Shown here: in pieces, positions 38,140 to 47,846 of the stretch
Position numbering within the stretch: the stretch's first letter is position 1
Layout: the number at the start of each line of letters is the position of its first letter
Assembly (NCBI GenBank): GCA_030684555.1
Contig: JAUXVN010000071.1
Location: forward strand, 4,197 to 68,196
Source: Ignavibacteria bacterium
GTDB taxonomy: Bacteria; Bacteroidota; Ignavibacteria; Ignavibacteriales; Ignavibacteriaceae
Direction of reading: 5' to 3'
Length of the DNA: 64,000 nt
The notes under the pieces: generated by a model
What the model saw: the letters and a program-made list of their open reading frames with translations, nothing else
Told to the model about the DNA's origin: nothing
Databases searched by the model: none
Translations under genes and position numbers: made by a program

Positions 38140-38237
38140 TCACTTCTTAAATTTCAGCAATTTTGTGTTCGTCTGAAATTTCATTATCTATTAAAGGGGT
38201 AATTCAGTCTTGATAATAATGAATTTGCAATTATACT

Positions 38238-38831
38238 TCAAGTTTCAAAATCATTACTGATATAACCTTTTGAATCAGCATATTTATATAATTTTGCAAA
38301 AAGCATTTTTCGCGCTCTATGCAGTCTGGAGCGCACTGTTCCTACCGGACTATCAATGAAATCGGCAATTTCTTCATATGAAAATCCCTCAATATCTGAT
38401 AAAATAATAACCGTTCTAAAATCTTCTGGTAGTGATGAGAGAGCAATAGAAACCTCATCATCCAATAAATTATCAAATATCTCTTTTTCTAAATGAGAAT
38501 CGTCTGTTGAAGAGGGTTTAGCATTTTCATAAAAATTTTCTACTTCTTCGTAATCTAACTTTTCCGGCTCACGTTTTCTTTTTTGATAATCATTGATATA
38601 AGTATTTTTCAGAATACGAAAAAGCCATGCCTTACAGTTTGTACCTTTTTCGAAGTTATCAAAGAAACGGAAAGCTTTAAGATATGTTTCCTGAACCAAA
38701 TCATTTGCCTCATCTGAATCCCCGGTCATTCGAAAAGCAAAATTGTACAAAGCATCCATGTGCGGGATGGCTTCTCGTTCAAAATCAATGTGTATTCGGG
38801 ATTTTTCTATCTGCATAAATTTAAATAACAT
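38238..38831 (-). CDS. ECF-type RNA polymerase sigma-70 family factor
   Basis: Region 2 (DLVQETYLKAFRFFDNF...CKAWLFRILKNTYIN) and region 4 (SYEEIADFIDSPVGTVRSRLHRARK). Confidence 0.88.
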   Translation of the reverse strand: MLFKFMQIEKSRIHIDFEREAIPHMDALYNFAFRMTGDSDEANDLVQETYLKAFRFFDNFEKGTNCKAWLFRILKNTYINDYQKRKREPEKLDYEEVENFYENAKPSSTDDSHLEKEIFDNLLDDEVSIALSSLPEDFRTVIILSDIEGFSYEEIADFIDSPVGTVRSRLHRARKMLFAKLYKYADSKGYISNDFET

Positions 38832-38900
38832 AGTTAAACGCTACTAAAACCATGCTTAATTATAATGAAATTTACAATCTGTTCAAATTTGATTGGTCCA

Positions 38901-40310
38901 TCAAAAGGATAATTGGATTCTACTCTTAATATTGTAAAGTATCCCTTTAACAAAAATATAATGTAATTCATCATCCTTTTTGATCAATAATTGAGGGGAT
39001 GTTTTATAAAATTCAAAAGTATTTTTTCGGTTTTGCCTGATAAGCAATTGCGGAATTTTTATGTCTTTTTTCTTTTGGATTTCGTCTTTAATTAAAAACG
39101 AAGTATTCCCTTGAGACAGCAAAGAATAAAAATTCAATTTATAAATATCATTCCAGCTTTTCTCGGTTAAATCTATTGTATTCCCTTTTTCGAGGTGATA
39201 GCCATCAAAATCATACTCAGTTAAACCGAACGATGTTGAAAGATCTCCAAATTCTTCAATGGTGGCATTTTTAATTTCATTGCCATAAATGTTAATAGCT
39301 AAGTCTGCCTTGTATGTTAAACCAAGAGTGGATAAAGTTAAATTTCTGAATATTAAATCGTAATGATTCCGCTCATTAAATGGAATAGTTGTATAAGTAT
39401 TTAAATCAAATTTCTTATAACGATTCCTGGCTATTGATTCGAAGGCGAGTATCAAAGTGATGAAATTTAATTTCCGAATAAACTGTTTATCGTTGTCGTT
39501 TTTCCATCCCCCAGACTCAATTAAGATAGTTCCGCTTCCCCACTTTTGAAAATTGTCACCGAAAGCTCTTGGTTCGTATTCATCAGAATATTTTGCAATA
39601 TGTCCCGGAATAAATTTATTTAATGATAAAAATAATTCACCAATTAATCGGATTGCGTTCATTTGAGATATAGTTGATTCGGGTTCACCTGTTGACGGGG
39701 CTAAAAAAGATAGGGATGCTGTTTTTTTCGTTTTCCCGACAGAGTATCTTGGATATTGATCGTGCAGATTGAATCCAAAATCAGGTTTAATTTGTTCAAA
39801 AGTATTTCTAAGAATTGCTGATTCAGGAGATTGCGGCTCTACTGCATCCCGATTTAAATCGATTCCCAGTGCATTTCTTCGATCATTTATTTCAGCACCA
39901 TCCGGGTTAACCATCGGAATTACATAGAAAGAAATTTTATCTAATAATTCTTCCCGTAAAGATTTGAAGTTGTCGTTTTTTGAATCAAAAAAATTAAATA
40001 TATCAAATAGTGCTTTCGTAGCCGTTGCCTCATCACCATGCATCTGCGACCAAAGAAAAATTTTAGTTTCACCCATTCCAAATTTTATTAAATAAATATC
40101 TCTATTTTGTAGGGATGAACCTGCTTTCTCAACTGAAAAAAGTTTACTATTTTTTAACTTGTTAATTAGCGGGACAATATTGAAATGTTTTACTTCACTT
40201 TTAGTTAAACTTTTCTCAATGAAATAATGATAATCATTATGTAAATTTTGATCTGTTTGAGTATAAGTTAGTTGAGCGAAAAACAAAAGGGCGATTAAGA
40301 TTTTTAACAT
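38901..40310 (-). CDS. M14-family zinc carboxypeptidase-like protein
   Basis: Signal peptide. WSQMHGDEATAT (HxxE zinc ligands), MVNPDG, NRD motifs. Confidence 0.7.
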   Translation of the reverse strand: MLKILIALLFFAQLTYTQTDQNLHNDYHYFIEKSLTKSEVKHFNIVPLINKLKNSKLFSVEKAGSSLQNRDIYLIKFGMGETKIFLWSQMHGDEATATKALFDIFNFFDSKNDNFKSLREELLDKISFYVIPMVNPDGAEINDRRNALGIDLNRDAVEPQSPESAILRNTFEQIKPDFGFNLHDQYPRYSVGKTKKTASLSFLAPSTGEPESTISQMNAIRLIGELFLSLNKFIPGHIAKYSDEYEPRAFGDNFQKWGSGTILIESGGWKNDNDKQFIRKLNFITLILAFESIARNRYKKFDLNTYTTIPFNERNHYDLIFRNLTLSTLGLTYKADLAINIYGNEIKNATIEEFGDLSTSFGLTEYDFDGYHLEKGNTIDLTEKSWNDIYKLNFYSLLSQGNTSFLIKDEIQKKKDIKIPQLLIRQNRKNTFEFYKTSPQLLIKKDDELHYIFVKGILYNIKSRIQLSF

Positions 40311-40379
40311 ATTACTTTAAGCCAAATTAATTATCAAATTGTATTAAAAATTATTCATAAAAAATATGAGGTCAAAATA

Positions 40380-40922
40380 ATGGAACTAAATAAATTGAAT
40401 TTAGGAAATGTACTCCCAAATTTTTCATTGCCTGGAGTTGACGGTTTTTTCTTTTCAACTAAAAGTATATCTGAAGAAAAAATAGTGTTAATTATCTTTA
40501 GTTGTAACCATTGTCCATATGTTCAGGCTTATGAAGAGAGAATAATTCAACTTCAAAAAGATTATTCTGATAAAGGTTTAGTTATTGTTGCAATTAATTC
40601 CAACGATGAGGTAAAATATCCTGAAGATTCATTGGTCAACATGCAACTCAGAGCAAAAGAAAAATCTTTTAACTTTATTTATTTGAGAGATGAAACTCAA
40701 GAAATAGCTAAATTATTTGGAGCCGCTTCAACACCGGAGATATTTTTATTCAATAAGGAAAAAATATTAGCTTATATCGGAAAGATTGATGACAATTGGT
40801 CGCAACCGGAAAGAGTAAAACAAAAATATTTAAATAATGCTATCGAAGAAATATTGAATGGAAATGAAGTATCGGTTCCTGAAACTTTTGCTATCGGTTG
40901 TTCAATTAAGTGGAAAAAATAA
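40380..40922 (+). CDS. Thioredoxin-fold (AhpC/TSA/redoxin-like) protein
   Basis: CNHCPYV (CxxC) in a thioredoxin-like context. Confidence 0.75.
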   Translation: MELNKLNLGNVLPNFSLPGVDGFFFSTKSISEEKIVLIIFSCNHCPYVQAYEERIIQLQKDYSDKGLVIVAINSNDEVKYPEDSLVNMQLRAKEKSFNFIYLRDETQEIAKLFGAASTPEIFLFNKEKILAYIGKIDDNWSQPERVKQKYLNNAIEEILNGNEVSVPETFAIGCSIKWKK

Positions 40923-40931
40923 TTCGTCCAT

Positions 40932-41576
40932 TTAAAACATTGTTCCGATATTTATAGTCAGATAGAAACCTCCAAAGTTTTTGTTATAACGTTTCTCTAA
41001 ACCTTCTATACCTTCACCGAAGAAGTGAATTACATAGTATCGGATATTTATACCCATCAAACTTTTTGTGTCTAAACCAAAGTTGGCGCCAAAACCAAAA
41101 TAGCCGCCGATAGTATAATAAGCTCTTGCTTTTTTGAATGAACTAAAAAACTCCATTTCATAAGGAGTTGTAACTGCCATAGATGGACCTGCACCAAAAT
41201 TGATATATGGTCTAAGATTATCGGTAATTGATTCACTAAATAATCTGTATTGCAATCCGAGATTTAATGGAATTAAAAAAATTCTATTCTTTTTACCGAA
41301 GACATAAACCCGCCCGTAATAGTCAACATATTCAACTTCTTTTTCATCTTTTGCTTCAGAAATTGAAAGGTCAGTAAATAGAGTGAATTTGTCAGAAAGA
41401 GATTTTCTATAAAATCCGCCAAGTCCAAAACCACCTTCTCCAAACATAATATCTGCACCAAAAGCATTATCCGGAAAAATTATAGGTTTTGGGTCAGGGG
41501 CAAAATCGCCAATATCTTGCCCGTTTACTTTAAGTAATGGAATAAGTAATATTGTAAGAAGAAGTATTTTTTTCAT
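40932..41576 (-). CDS. Outer-membrane beta-barrel protein
   Basis: Signal peptide, alternating beta-strand pattern, C-terminal ...INIGTMF. Confidence 0.6.
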   Translation of the reverse strand: MKKILLLTILLIPLLKVNGQDIGDFAPDPKPIIFPDNAFGADIMFGEGGFGLGGFYRKSLSDKFTLFTDLSISEAKDEKEVEYVDYYGRVYVFGKKNRIFLIPLNLGLQYRLFSESITDNLRPYINFGAGPSMAVTTPYEMEFFSSFKKARAYYTIGGYFGFGANFGLDTKSLMGINIRYYVIHFFGEGIEGLEKRYNKNFGGFYLTINIGTMF

Positions 41577-41641
41577 AATTCAGTTTTTTTTTATTGCTAA
41601 ATTAAACACTTTCAATAAAGAATCAATTACATTATTGTTGT

Positions 41642-42271
41642 ATGATTAATCAATTAAATAATATCGAACACCCAAATTTTTGGGATATGCAATATGAATC
41701 CAAAAAGACAGGCTGGGATTTGAATTCTCCCAATCCTGTATTTAATTATTTAATTAATGAACTTCCATTTATCAATCCATCAAAATTAATTATACTTGGT
41801 TCTGGAAAGGGATTTGACGCAGTACTCGCTAATGAAAAAGGGTATGATGTAACAGCCGTTGATTTTTCTTCTACCGCTAATAGTTATTGTAGAGAGTTAA
41901 ATCAAAAATTTAAAACACAAATTAACATAATTGAAAAAGATTTTTTCGAACTTGACGGTTCATTAAACGGGACATTCGACATCGTTTATGAATATGTGAC
42001 TTATTGTGCAATTAGTTTATCAAAGCGAAATCAATTTTTAAAACTGGTGAATAAATTATTAAAACCGGAGGGAAGATTTATTACCGTATTATTTCCCATT
42101 GATAATAGAGAAGATGGTCCACCGTTTTCCGTTGATTATAATCAGTTTCTACTTGAAACAAACCACTTATTTAACCTTGAATATTTGGATAAAAACATTC
42201 CATCAGTGAAACCTAGAAAAGGTAAAGAAATTTTGTTAGTATTCAGAAAACCTCTCATAATAAAGGAATGA
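41642..42271 (+). CDS. SAM-dependent methyltransferase (TPMT/halide methyltransferase-like)
   Basis: FWDMQYESKKTGWDL... at the N-terminus. Motif I ILGSGKGFDA. Confidence 0.7.
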   Translation: MINQLNNIEHPNFWDMQYESKKTGWDLNSPNPVFNYLINELPFINPSKLIILGSGKGFDAVLANEKGYDVTAVDFSSTANSYCRELNQKFKTQINIIEKDFFELDGSLNGTFDIVYEYVTYCAISLSKRNQFLKLVNKLLKPEGRFITVLFPIDNREDGPPFSVDYNQFLLETNHLFNLEYLDKNIPSVKPRKGKEILLVFRKPLIIKE

Positions 42272-42340
42272 TTTACTTGAAATGTATGAAACTTATTTTT
42301 ACTCAATTTTCCTGTCGCTCTAATTTAAGTTGGAATTAAA

Positions 42341-45300
42341 ATGATATTATCTAAAAATAGAAATCTGATAGCCCCTTATGTTTTACTGAATAAATTAGTA
42401 AATGGAGGTAAAGTTGATGAATTTATTATTATTGTTCCTACAAACAGGAAGTTACGTTTACTTAAAAAAGAAATTATAAGTCGTTCGCCAAATCAGAGTA
42501 TTTCGAAAATAAATATTGAAACACTAACGACTATCTCTATTAAAATACTGGAAAGATATGTTGGAAAGCTTAATATACTTAGTGAATCAGCAGCTTCGGT
42601 TTTACTAAATAATAGCTTCCGATCAATAGATCTTCAATATTTCTCATCGTACAAAAATGGAATACCAAAAGGAACATTAGAACGGATTAAAAATGTTTTT
42701 AGAGAATATAAAAGACATGGTATTACACCCGAAGTTTTAATTGAAGAGAGTGAGAGCTTAACAGGTTCGGCTAAAAGGAAAGCTGAAGATATTTCGAGTG
42801 TATTTTCTACTTATCAGCAATTGTTGAAGAAGCTGAATGTTTATGAAATTGGAGATGTCTATTCTAATCTCCTTATGTTAAGTACCAATACATTCAGTGA
42901 CGTTTTTAAAAGTTTATTTGGTTCTGTTAAGTTAGTTGCAATTGAAGGATTTAGTGAATTCTCGAAACCCGAAATTGATATTATCGATAGAGTATCAAAA
43001 TTTGTTGAAGAGAATTTATTTATTAACTTTGATTATAGTGACTCGAATGATGCACTTTTCCTTCACTTAAAAGAAACATATAATAGATTCCAGGACAAAA
43101 GCTTTTTTAGTTCGCTTGAAGAATCAAATGACAAATCTGACTTCGGTAAAATATTGAGAGATCGATTATTTAATTCAAACAGAAGCAAAATAATTAACGA
43201 AGATATTACTGAAATTGTTGCAAGGACACCGGATGAAGAGATTACATTCGTTGTTAAAGAAATTAAAGATTTAATCCTAAATCAAAATGCCAAACCGCAC
43301 AATATATGTGTAACGTTTAATCTGATTGAAAAATACTCGACCATTATTAGAGATAAATTTCGAAGTTTTGGTATACCGTTAAATCTTACTGACCGATATG
43401 CTTTAAATACTTTCCAACCGGTAATTACGATAATTAATCTTTTAGAAATTGAAGAAAGTGATTTTTATTTTAAAAATGTTCTTAGAGCTTTGAGCAGTGA
43501 CTACTTCAAACCGAAGTTTACTTCGCTTTCGGAAATAATAAATGCAGTGTCAGAATTGAAAATAATTGCCGGCTACTCTTCATGGATTCAATTAATCAAA
43601 TCACATGTAAAAAATATTTCCAACAATGAAACTTCAATAAAAGAAACAGAAATCTATGAAAATATTCTCATAGAGTTAGAATCAATAAATAAATTACTAA
43701 CCCCGTTTAAGAAAAAGTTGACTCTTGATCAATTTTATGATGAACTTGAAAAATTAGTTTATGATCTGGAAATTCCACAAAAAGTCTTAACTAGTGAAAG
43801 TGGTTATGTGGAGGAAAATTTAAAAGCGATTACAACATTTCTTGAAACAGCGAAGGAGTTATTCAACCTATTAAAAATTGATCAAACCGAAACTGAAACA
43901 CACTCCTTGACTTACTTTTTGCAGCAGTTAAGAACAGCGATTGATTCAACAAGATTCAATGTAAAAGAAAAATCAAATTATGGAGTACTCGTAACTACTC
44001 TTAAGGAAATCAGAGGGTTGGAATTTGATCATCTTTTTATTTGTGGATTGGTTGATGGCGATTTCCCTACGCGATACACACCTGAAATAATTCAGTCTAA
44101 CTTATATCAGAGATATGAAAAAAAGCATCAAGTTGAAGAGCAAAATTTATTTTATTTAACTCTTTCATGTTGGAAAAAATCACTATTTCTTACGCATCCG
44201 ATTACTAACGGAAATAGTGAATTAGTGACATCGAACTTTTTAACTTCGTTAAAAAATCTTTTTGATGTTCAAGAAAAGAATGAAAAAGACTATCGTAATT
44301 TAATCTATAGCACAAATGAATATTTAATTAAAGTGGGTCAAGAGACAGTTGGGGGAAATGAATCAGAAATTCCATCCGATATTAATCCAGGTTATATTTA
44401 TGAAAATCTAAAAAGTAAAATAACAATACAGAAAAATAATCGGCAAAGATTGGATTTTGCGAATGAGTATCAAGGTCAAATAAAACCTGATCCATCGTTA
44501 CAATTGGTGTTAGAAAATTTGAAGGAGAAGAGTTATTCTATAACGCAACTTGAAACATATGCTCATTGTCCATTTAAATATTTTGCTGAACGTTTATTAT
44601 TTCTTAAACCGCAGGCAGAACCAAAAGAAGAAATAGAAGCATTGGAGCTTGGCTCATTGCTGCACGAAATTCTTTACGAGTTTTATACAGAAGTAAAAAC
44701 ATTTGATCTAACAATTCGTAATTGTCTGGATGAGCAATTTGCAAAACTCATAACACTTATTTTTTCTATTGCAAAGAGAAAAATTGATGAAGCAAATTTT
44801 GATTCACCTTTATCCTTTTTCGAAAAAGAAAAGATTTTAGGAATTGATGGTAATATTAAATATTCAATTCTTTATTATTATCTGGAACAGGAACGAAATA
44901 ATTTAGACGGTTTTCTTCCGATTTTCTTTGAGGAAACTTTTGGCAAAAGAGGGAGCTCAACTCAATCTGAAATAGTTGACGTTACTACACCAAACGGAAA
45001 TAATTTATTTGGGAAAATTGATAGAATTGATTTGGACAATGAAAATTTAAACGTTAAGGTGATTGATTATAAAAGAGGAATTAAAAAATCCGGATTGAAA
45101 GAAGATATTTATAGAGGGTTATCATTGCAGTTACCCGTTTACCTATATGCTGCCAAATTAATTGTTGAAAATAAACTGAATCTTTCAACAGAACCGGCTA
45201 TTGCCTCTATTTATTCACTAAAACCGGGAAGATCCTTTGGCGAGGATGAAGTCAAATTGTATGGTGGTAAAAAAAGTTTCAGTGTTTCCCCCGATGAGGA

Positions 45301-45487
45301 AAAGAAAATAATTTTAGAGAAAAATAATGATGTTCTCGCTGAATCTTTGAAAAAAATAGACGAATATATATCATCAATTTCGGAAGGGAAATTTAATCTT
45401 TCATCCTTAGAAGACAAAACTGAAAAAATATGCTCCTACTGTGATTTTAAAGGTGTTTGTAGAATAAATGAGTTACTAAATGAATAG
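42341..45487 (+). CDS. AddB-like PD-(D/E)XK nuclease family protein with a C-terminal Fe-S cysteine cluster
   Basis: C-terminal nuclease region YAHCPFKYF...GKIDRIDL...VIDYKRG plus CSYCDFKGVC. The N-terminal two-thirds has degenerate helicase-like length. Confidence 0.7.
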   Translation: MILSKNRNLIAPYVLLNKLVNGGKVDEFIIIVPTNRKLRLLKKEIISRSPNQSISKINIETLTTISIKILERYVGKLNILSESAASVLLNNSFRSIDLQYFSSYKNGIPKGTLERIKNVFREYKRHGITPEVLIEESESLTGSAKRKAEDISSVFSTYQQLLKKLNVYEIGDVYSNLLMLSTNTFSDVFKSLFGSVKLVAIEGFSEFSKPEIDIIDRVSKFVEENLFINFDYSDSNDALFLHLKETYNRFQDKSFFSSLEESNDKSDFGKILRDRLFNSNRSKIINEDITEIVARTPDEEITFVVKEIKDLILNQNAKPHNICVTFNLIEKYSTIIRDKFRSFGIPLNLTDRYALNTFQPVITIINLLEIEESDFYFKNVLRALSSDYFKPKFTSLSEIINAVSELKIIAGYSSWIQLIKSHVKNISNNETSIKETEIYENILIELESINKLLTPFKKKLTLDQFYDELEKLVYDLEIPQKVLTSESGYVEENLKAITTFLETAKELFNLLKIDQTETETHSLTYFLQQLRTAIDSTRFNVKEKSNYGVLVTTLKEIRGLEFDHLFICGLVDGDFPTRYTPEIIQSNLYQRYEKKHQVEEQNLFYLTLSCWKKSLFLTHPITNGNSELVTSNFLTSLKNLFDVQEKNEKDYRNLIYSTNEYLIKVGQETVGGNESEIPSDINPGYIYENLKSKITIQKNNRQRLDFANEYQGQIKPDPSLQLVLENLKEKSYSITQLETYAHCPFKYFAERLLFLKPQAEPKEEIEALELGSLLHEILYEFYTEVKTFDLTIRNCLDEQFAKLITLIFSIAKRKIDEANFDSPLSFFEKEKILGIDGNIKYSILYYYLEQERNNLDGFLPIFFEETFGKRGSSTQSEIVDVTTPNGNNLFGKIDRIDLDNENLNVKVIDYKRGIKKSGLKEDIYRGLSLQLPVYLYAAKLIVENKLNLSTEPAIASIYSLKPGRSFGEDEVKLYGGKKSFSVSPDEEKKIILEKNNDVLAESLKKIDEYISSISEGKFNLSSLEDKTEKICSYCDFKGVCRINELLNE

Positions 45488-45563
45488 TATTAATCACCAC
45501 ACTTGAGGAGGCGCATCTTCTCTTTGCCTTGACATCGAAGAGTAAATTAATTAATTTTGTGTC

Positions 45564-45599
45564 GCCACTGCTAAAAAGATAGCGGTGGCAATTTTTTTT
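45564..45599 (+). terminator. Rho-independent terminator
   Basis: gccactgct-aaaaagat-agcggtggc followed by aaT8. Confidence 0.75.
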
Positions 45600-45630
45600 A
45601 AAATAATCCAATCATAAGAAAAAGAGAATC

Positions 45631-46110
45631 ATGCAAGACGGAAACTTTGTCTATCTAACCCGGGAGAGGTTATTTGAGCTCGAAAGAGAACTCAAAGAAA
45701 TGAAAACAAACGGAAGAAAATCTATTGCTGCTAAAATTGCCGAAGCTAGAGCTCACGGTGATTTATCCGAAAATGCTGAATATGACGCAGCGAAAGAAGA
45801 ACAGGGACTATTTGAGCTTAAAATTTCTAAGTTAGAAGACGTTCTTCGTAGAGCGTCTCTTATTGATTCCTCTCAATTTTCAACTGATTCGATCCATATT
45901 TTATCAAAAGTGCAAATCAAAAATATTAAGACTAACAAAATTTTTGATTACTTACTCGTCTCTCCTGAAGAGGCTGATTTTCAAGCAGGGAAAATATCGA
46001 TTACATCTCCTGTTGGACAGGGATTATTAGCAAAAAAAGTTGGAGATAAAGTTACTGTAAAAGCACCAGCAGGAATTTTGGAGTTTGAAGTCCTATCCAT
46101 TAATAAATAA
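45631..46110 (+). CDS. greA: Transcription elongation factor GreA
   Basis: AEARAHGDLSENAEYDAAKEEQ coiled-coil motif and a C-terminal FKBP-like domain. Confidence 0.92.
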   Translation: MQDGNFVYLTRERLFELERELKEMKTNGRKSIAAKIAEARAHGDLSENAEYDAAKEEQGLFELKISKLEDVLRRASLIDSSQFSTDSIHILSKVQIKNIKTNKIFDYLLVSPEEADFQAGKISITSPVGQGLLAKKVGDKVTVKAPAGILEFEVLSINK

Positions 46111-46125
46111 AATAGTTTATCGTTT

Positions 46126-47211
46126 TTGACAGACGAATCATATATAAAATTAACGCTCGAAATTGCAAAAAAAGGGTCTGGTTACGTAAGTCCAAATCCA
46201 CTTGTTGGATGCTTATTAGTTAAAGAATCTAAGATTATTTCTGCAGGTTACCACGAAAAATTTGGTGAAGCTCATGCAGAAATTAATGCAATCAATAAAG
46301 CAGGTGAATCTTTAAACGGAGCGACTTTATATGTAAACCTTGAACCTTGCTCGCATCATGGCAAAACTCCTCCTTGTGTTGATAAAATAATTGAAAGTGG
46401 AATTAAAAGAGTCGTCATAGGAACTCTTGATGTAAATCCTTTGGTGAGTGGTCAAGGTGTGCAAAAATTACTTAACAATGGGATAGAAGTAAAAGTCGGT
46501 GTTTTAGAAAAAGAATGTACTGAGTTAAATAGATTTTTTTTCAAATATATTAAAACACAAATTCCTTATGTGACATTAAAAACGGCGCAAACACTTGATG
46601 GAAAGATTGCTGATGGTTATGGTAATTCAAAATGGATTACAAGTGAACCAGCAAGACAACATGTACATTTGATGAGATCACAGTATGATGCAGTTCTAGT
46701 TGGCAGAAAAACTATAGATGTTGATAATCCTTCATTAACAGTGCGGTTAATAGAAGGAAGAAATCCAATCAGAATTGTTTTGGATTCATCCTTTAAGATA
46801 AAACTAAATTCAGAAGTCCTAAAATGTACCGAAGCTAACACTATTATTGTAACTTCGATTAAATCAAAACTATTGTTGAATAAAATTAAAAAGTTAAAAT
46901 CTTTTGGGGTAAGATTACTATTCGTAAATACTAATAAAGAAGGTAAAATCAACTTAAAATCAGCATTGAAAAAAATTGGTGAGTTGGGAATTGCATCAAT
47001 TCTAATTGAAGGTGGAAGTGAAGTCTTTTCCTCTTTTGTAAAACAAAATTTATTTGATGAAATTATAACTTTTATAAGTCCGAAGTTACTTGGGAATGGT
47101 GTTTCTGTCTTTGGAGATCTGGATATTCGTAACATTAATAAGGCGAAATTACTTCGCTTCAATACGATTGAAAAAATTGGTGATGATTTATTAGTTGAGC
47201 TTAGGAGATAA
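46126..47211 (+). CDS. ribD: Bifunctional riboflavin biosynthesis protein RibD (deaminase/reductase), TTG start
   Basis: HAEINA and PCSHHGKTPPC zinc deaminase motifs. C-terminal RibD_C reductase domain. Confidence 0.9.
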   Translation: MTDESYIKLTLEIAKKGSGYVSPNPLVGCLLVKESKIISAGYHEKFGEAHAEINAINKAGESLNGATLYVNLEPCSHHGKTPPCVDKIIESGIKRVVIGTLDVNPLVSGQGVQKLLNNGIEVKVGVLEKECTELNRFFFKYIKTQIPYVTLKTAQTLDGKIADGYGNSKWITSEPARQHVHLMRSQYDAVLVGRKTIDVDNPSLTVRLIEGRNPIRIVLDSSFKIKLNSEVLKCTEANTIIVTSIKSKLLLNKIKKLKSFGVRLLFVNTNKEGKINLKSALKKIGELGIASILIEGGSEVFSSFVKQNLFDEIITFISPKLLGNGVSVFGDLDIRNINKAKLLRFNTIEKIGDDLLVELRR

Positions 47212-47213
47212 TT

Positions 47214-47846
47214 ATGTTTACGGGATTAGTCGAAGAAATTGGAATCGTTAAAGAAAAAGTTTCGATTGGGGGTGGCATCAGATTTACATTCACAGCAAAA
47301 AATATACTTGAAGATATTCATATCGGAGATAGTATTAATGTTAACGGAGTATGTCAGACAGTAATTGATTTTGGCGTTAATTTATTTGTTGTAGAATCAG
47401 TAGAAGAGACCTTAAAAAAAACTTCATTTAATAATTTGGGAGTCGGTTTTAAGGTTAATTTGGAGCGCTCAATGAAAGCCAACAGCAGATTTGGCGGACA
47501 TTTTGTATTGGGACATGTGGATTCGGTTGGAAAGATATTGGAAATAACAAAACTCTCATCAAGTTATAAAGTTAAAGTTAGTTTTGATGAAAACTTTTCT
47601 AACTATTTAATCCCCGTCGGCTCCATTGCAATTGACGGAGTTAGCTTGACTTTGGTAGATGTTCAAAAAAATAATTTTTCTGTTGCCATTATTCCGCATA
47701 CGTGGGCTAATACAATTTTTGCCTCAAAGAGAGTCGGTGATTCAGTTAATTTAGAATTCGATGTCATTGGTAAATATGTCGCTAAATCGTTGGGCAAAAC
47801 AGATTTGGTCTTTTCAGAAAAATGGCTTAAAGAAGCCGGTTATTAA
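47214..47846 (+). CDS. ribE: Riboflavin synthase
   Basis: MFTGLVEEIG start and duplicated lumazine-binding repeats (GDSINVNGVCQTV / GSIAIDGVSLT). Confidence 0.92.
   Translation: MFTGLVEEIGIVKEKVSIGGGIRFTFTAKNILEDIHIGDSINVNGVCQTVIDFGVNLFVVESVEETLKKTSFNNLGVGFKVNLERSMKANSRFGGHFVLGHVDSVGKILEITKLSSSYKVKVSFDENFSNYLIPVGSIAIDGVSLTLVDVQKNNFSVAIIPHTWANTIFASKRVGDSVNLEFDVIGKYVAKSLGKTDLVFSEKWLKEAGY

Noticed and set aside
46111-46125. FMN riboswitch upstream of ribD
   Set aside because: Only 15 nt separate the greA stop from the ribD TTG start, which leaves no room for an aptamer.
46617-47162. 181-aa ORF on the minus strand
   Set aside because: It lies entirely antisense within ribD, which has clear catalytic motifs. 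Its composition is low-complexity, which is typical of shadow ORFs.
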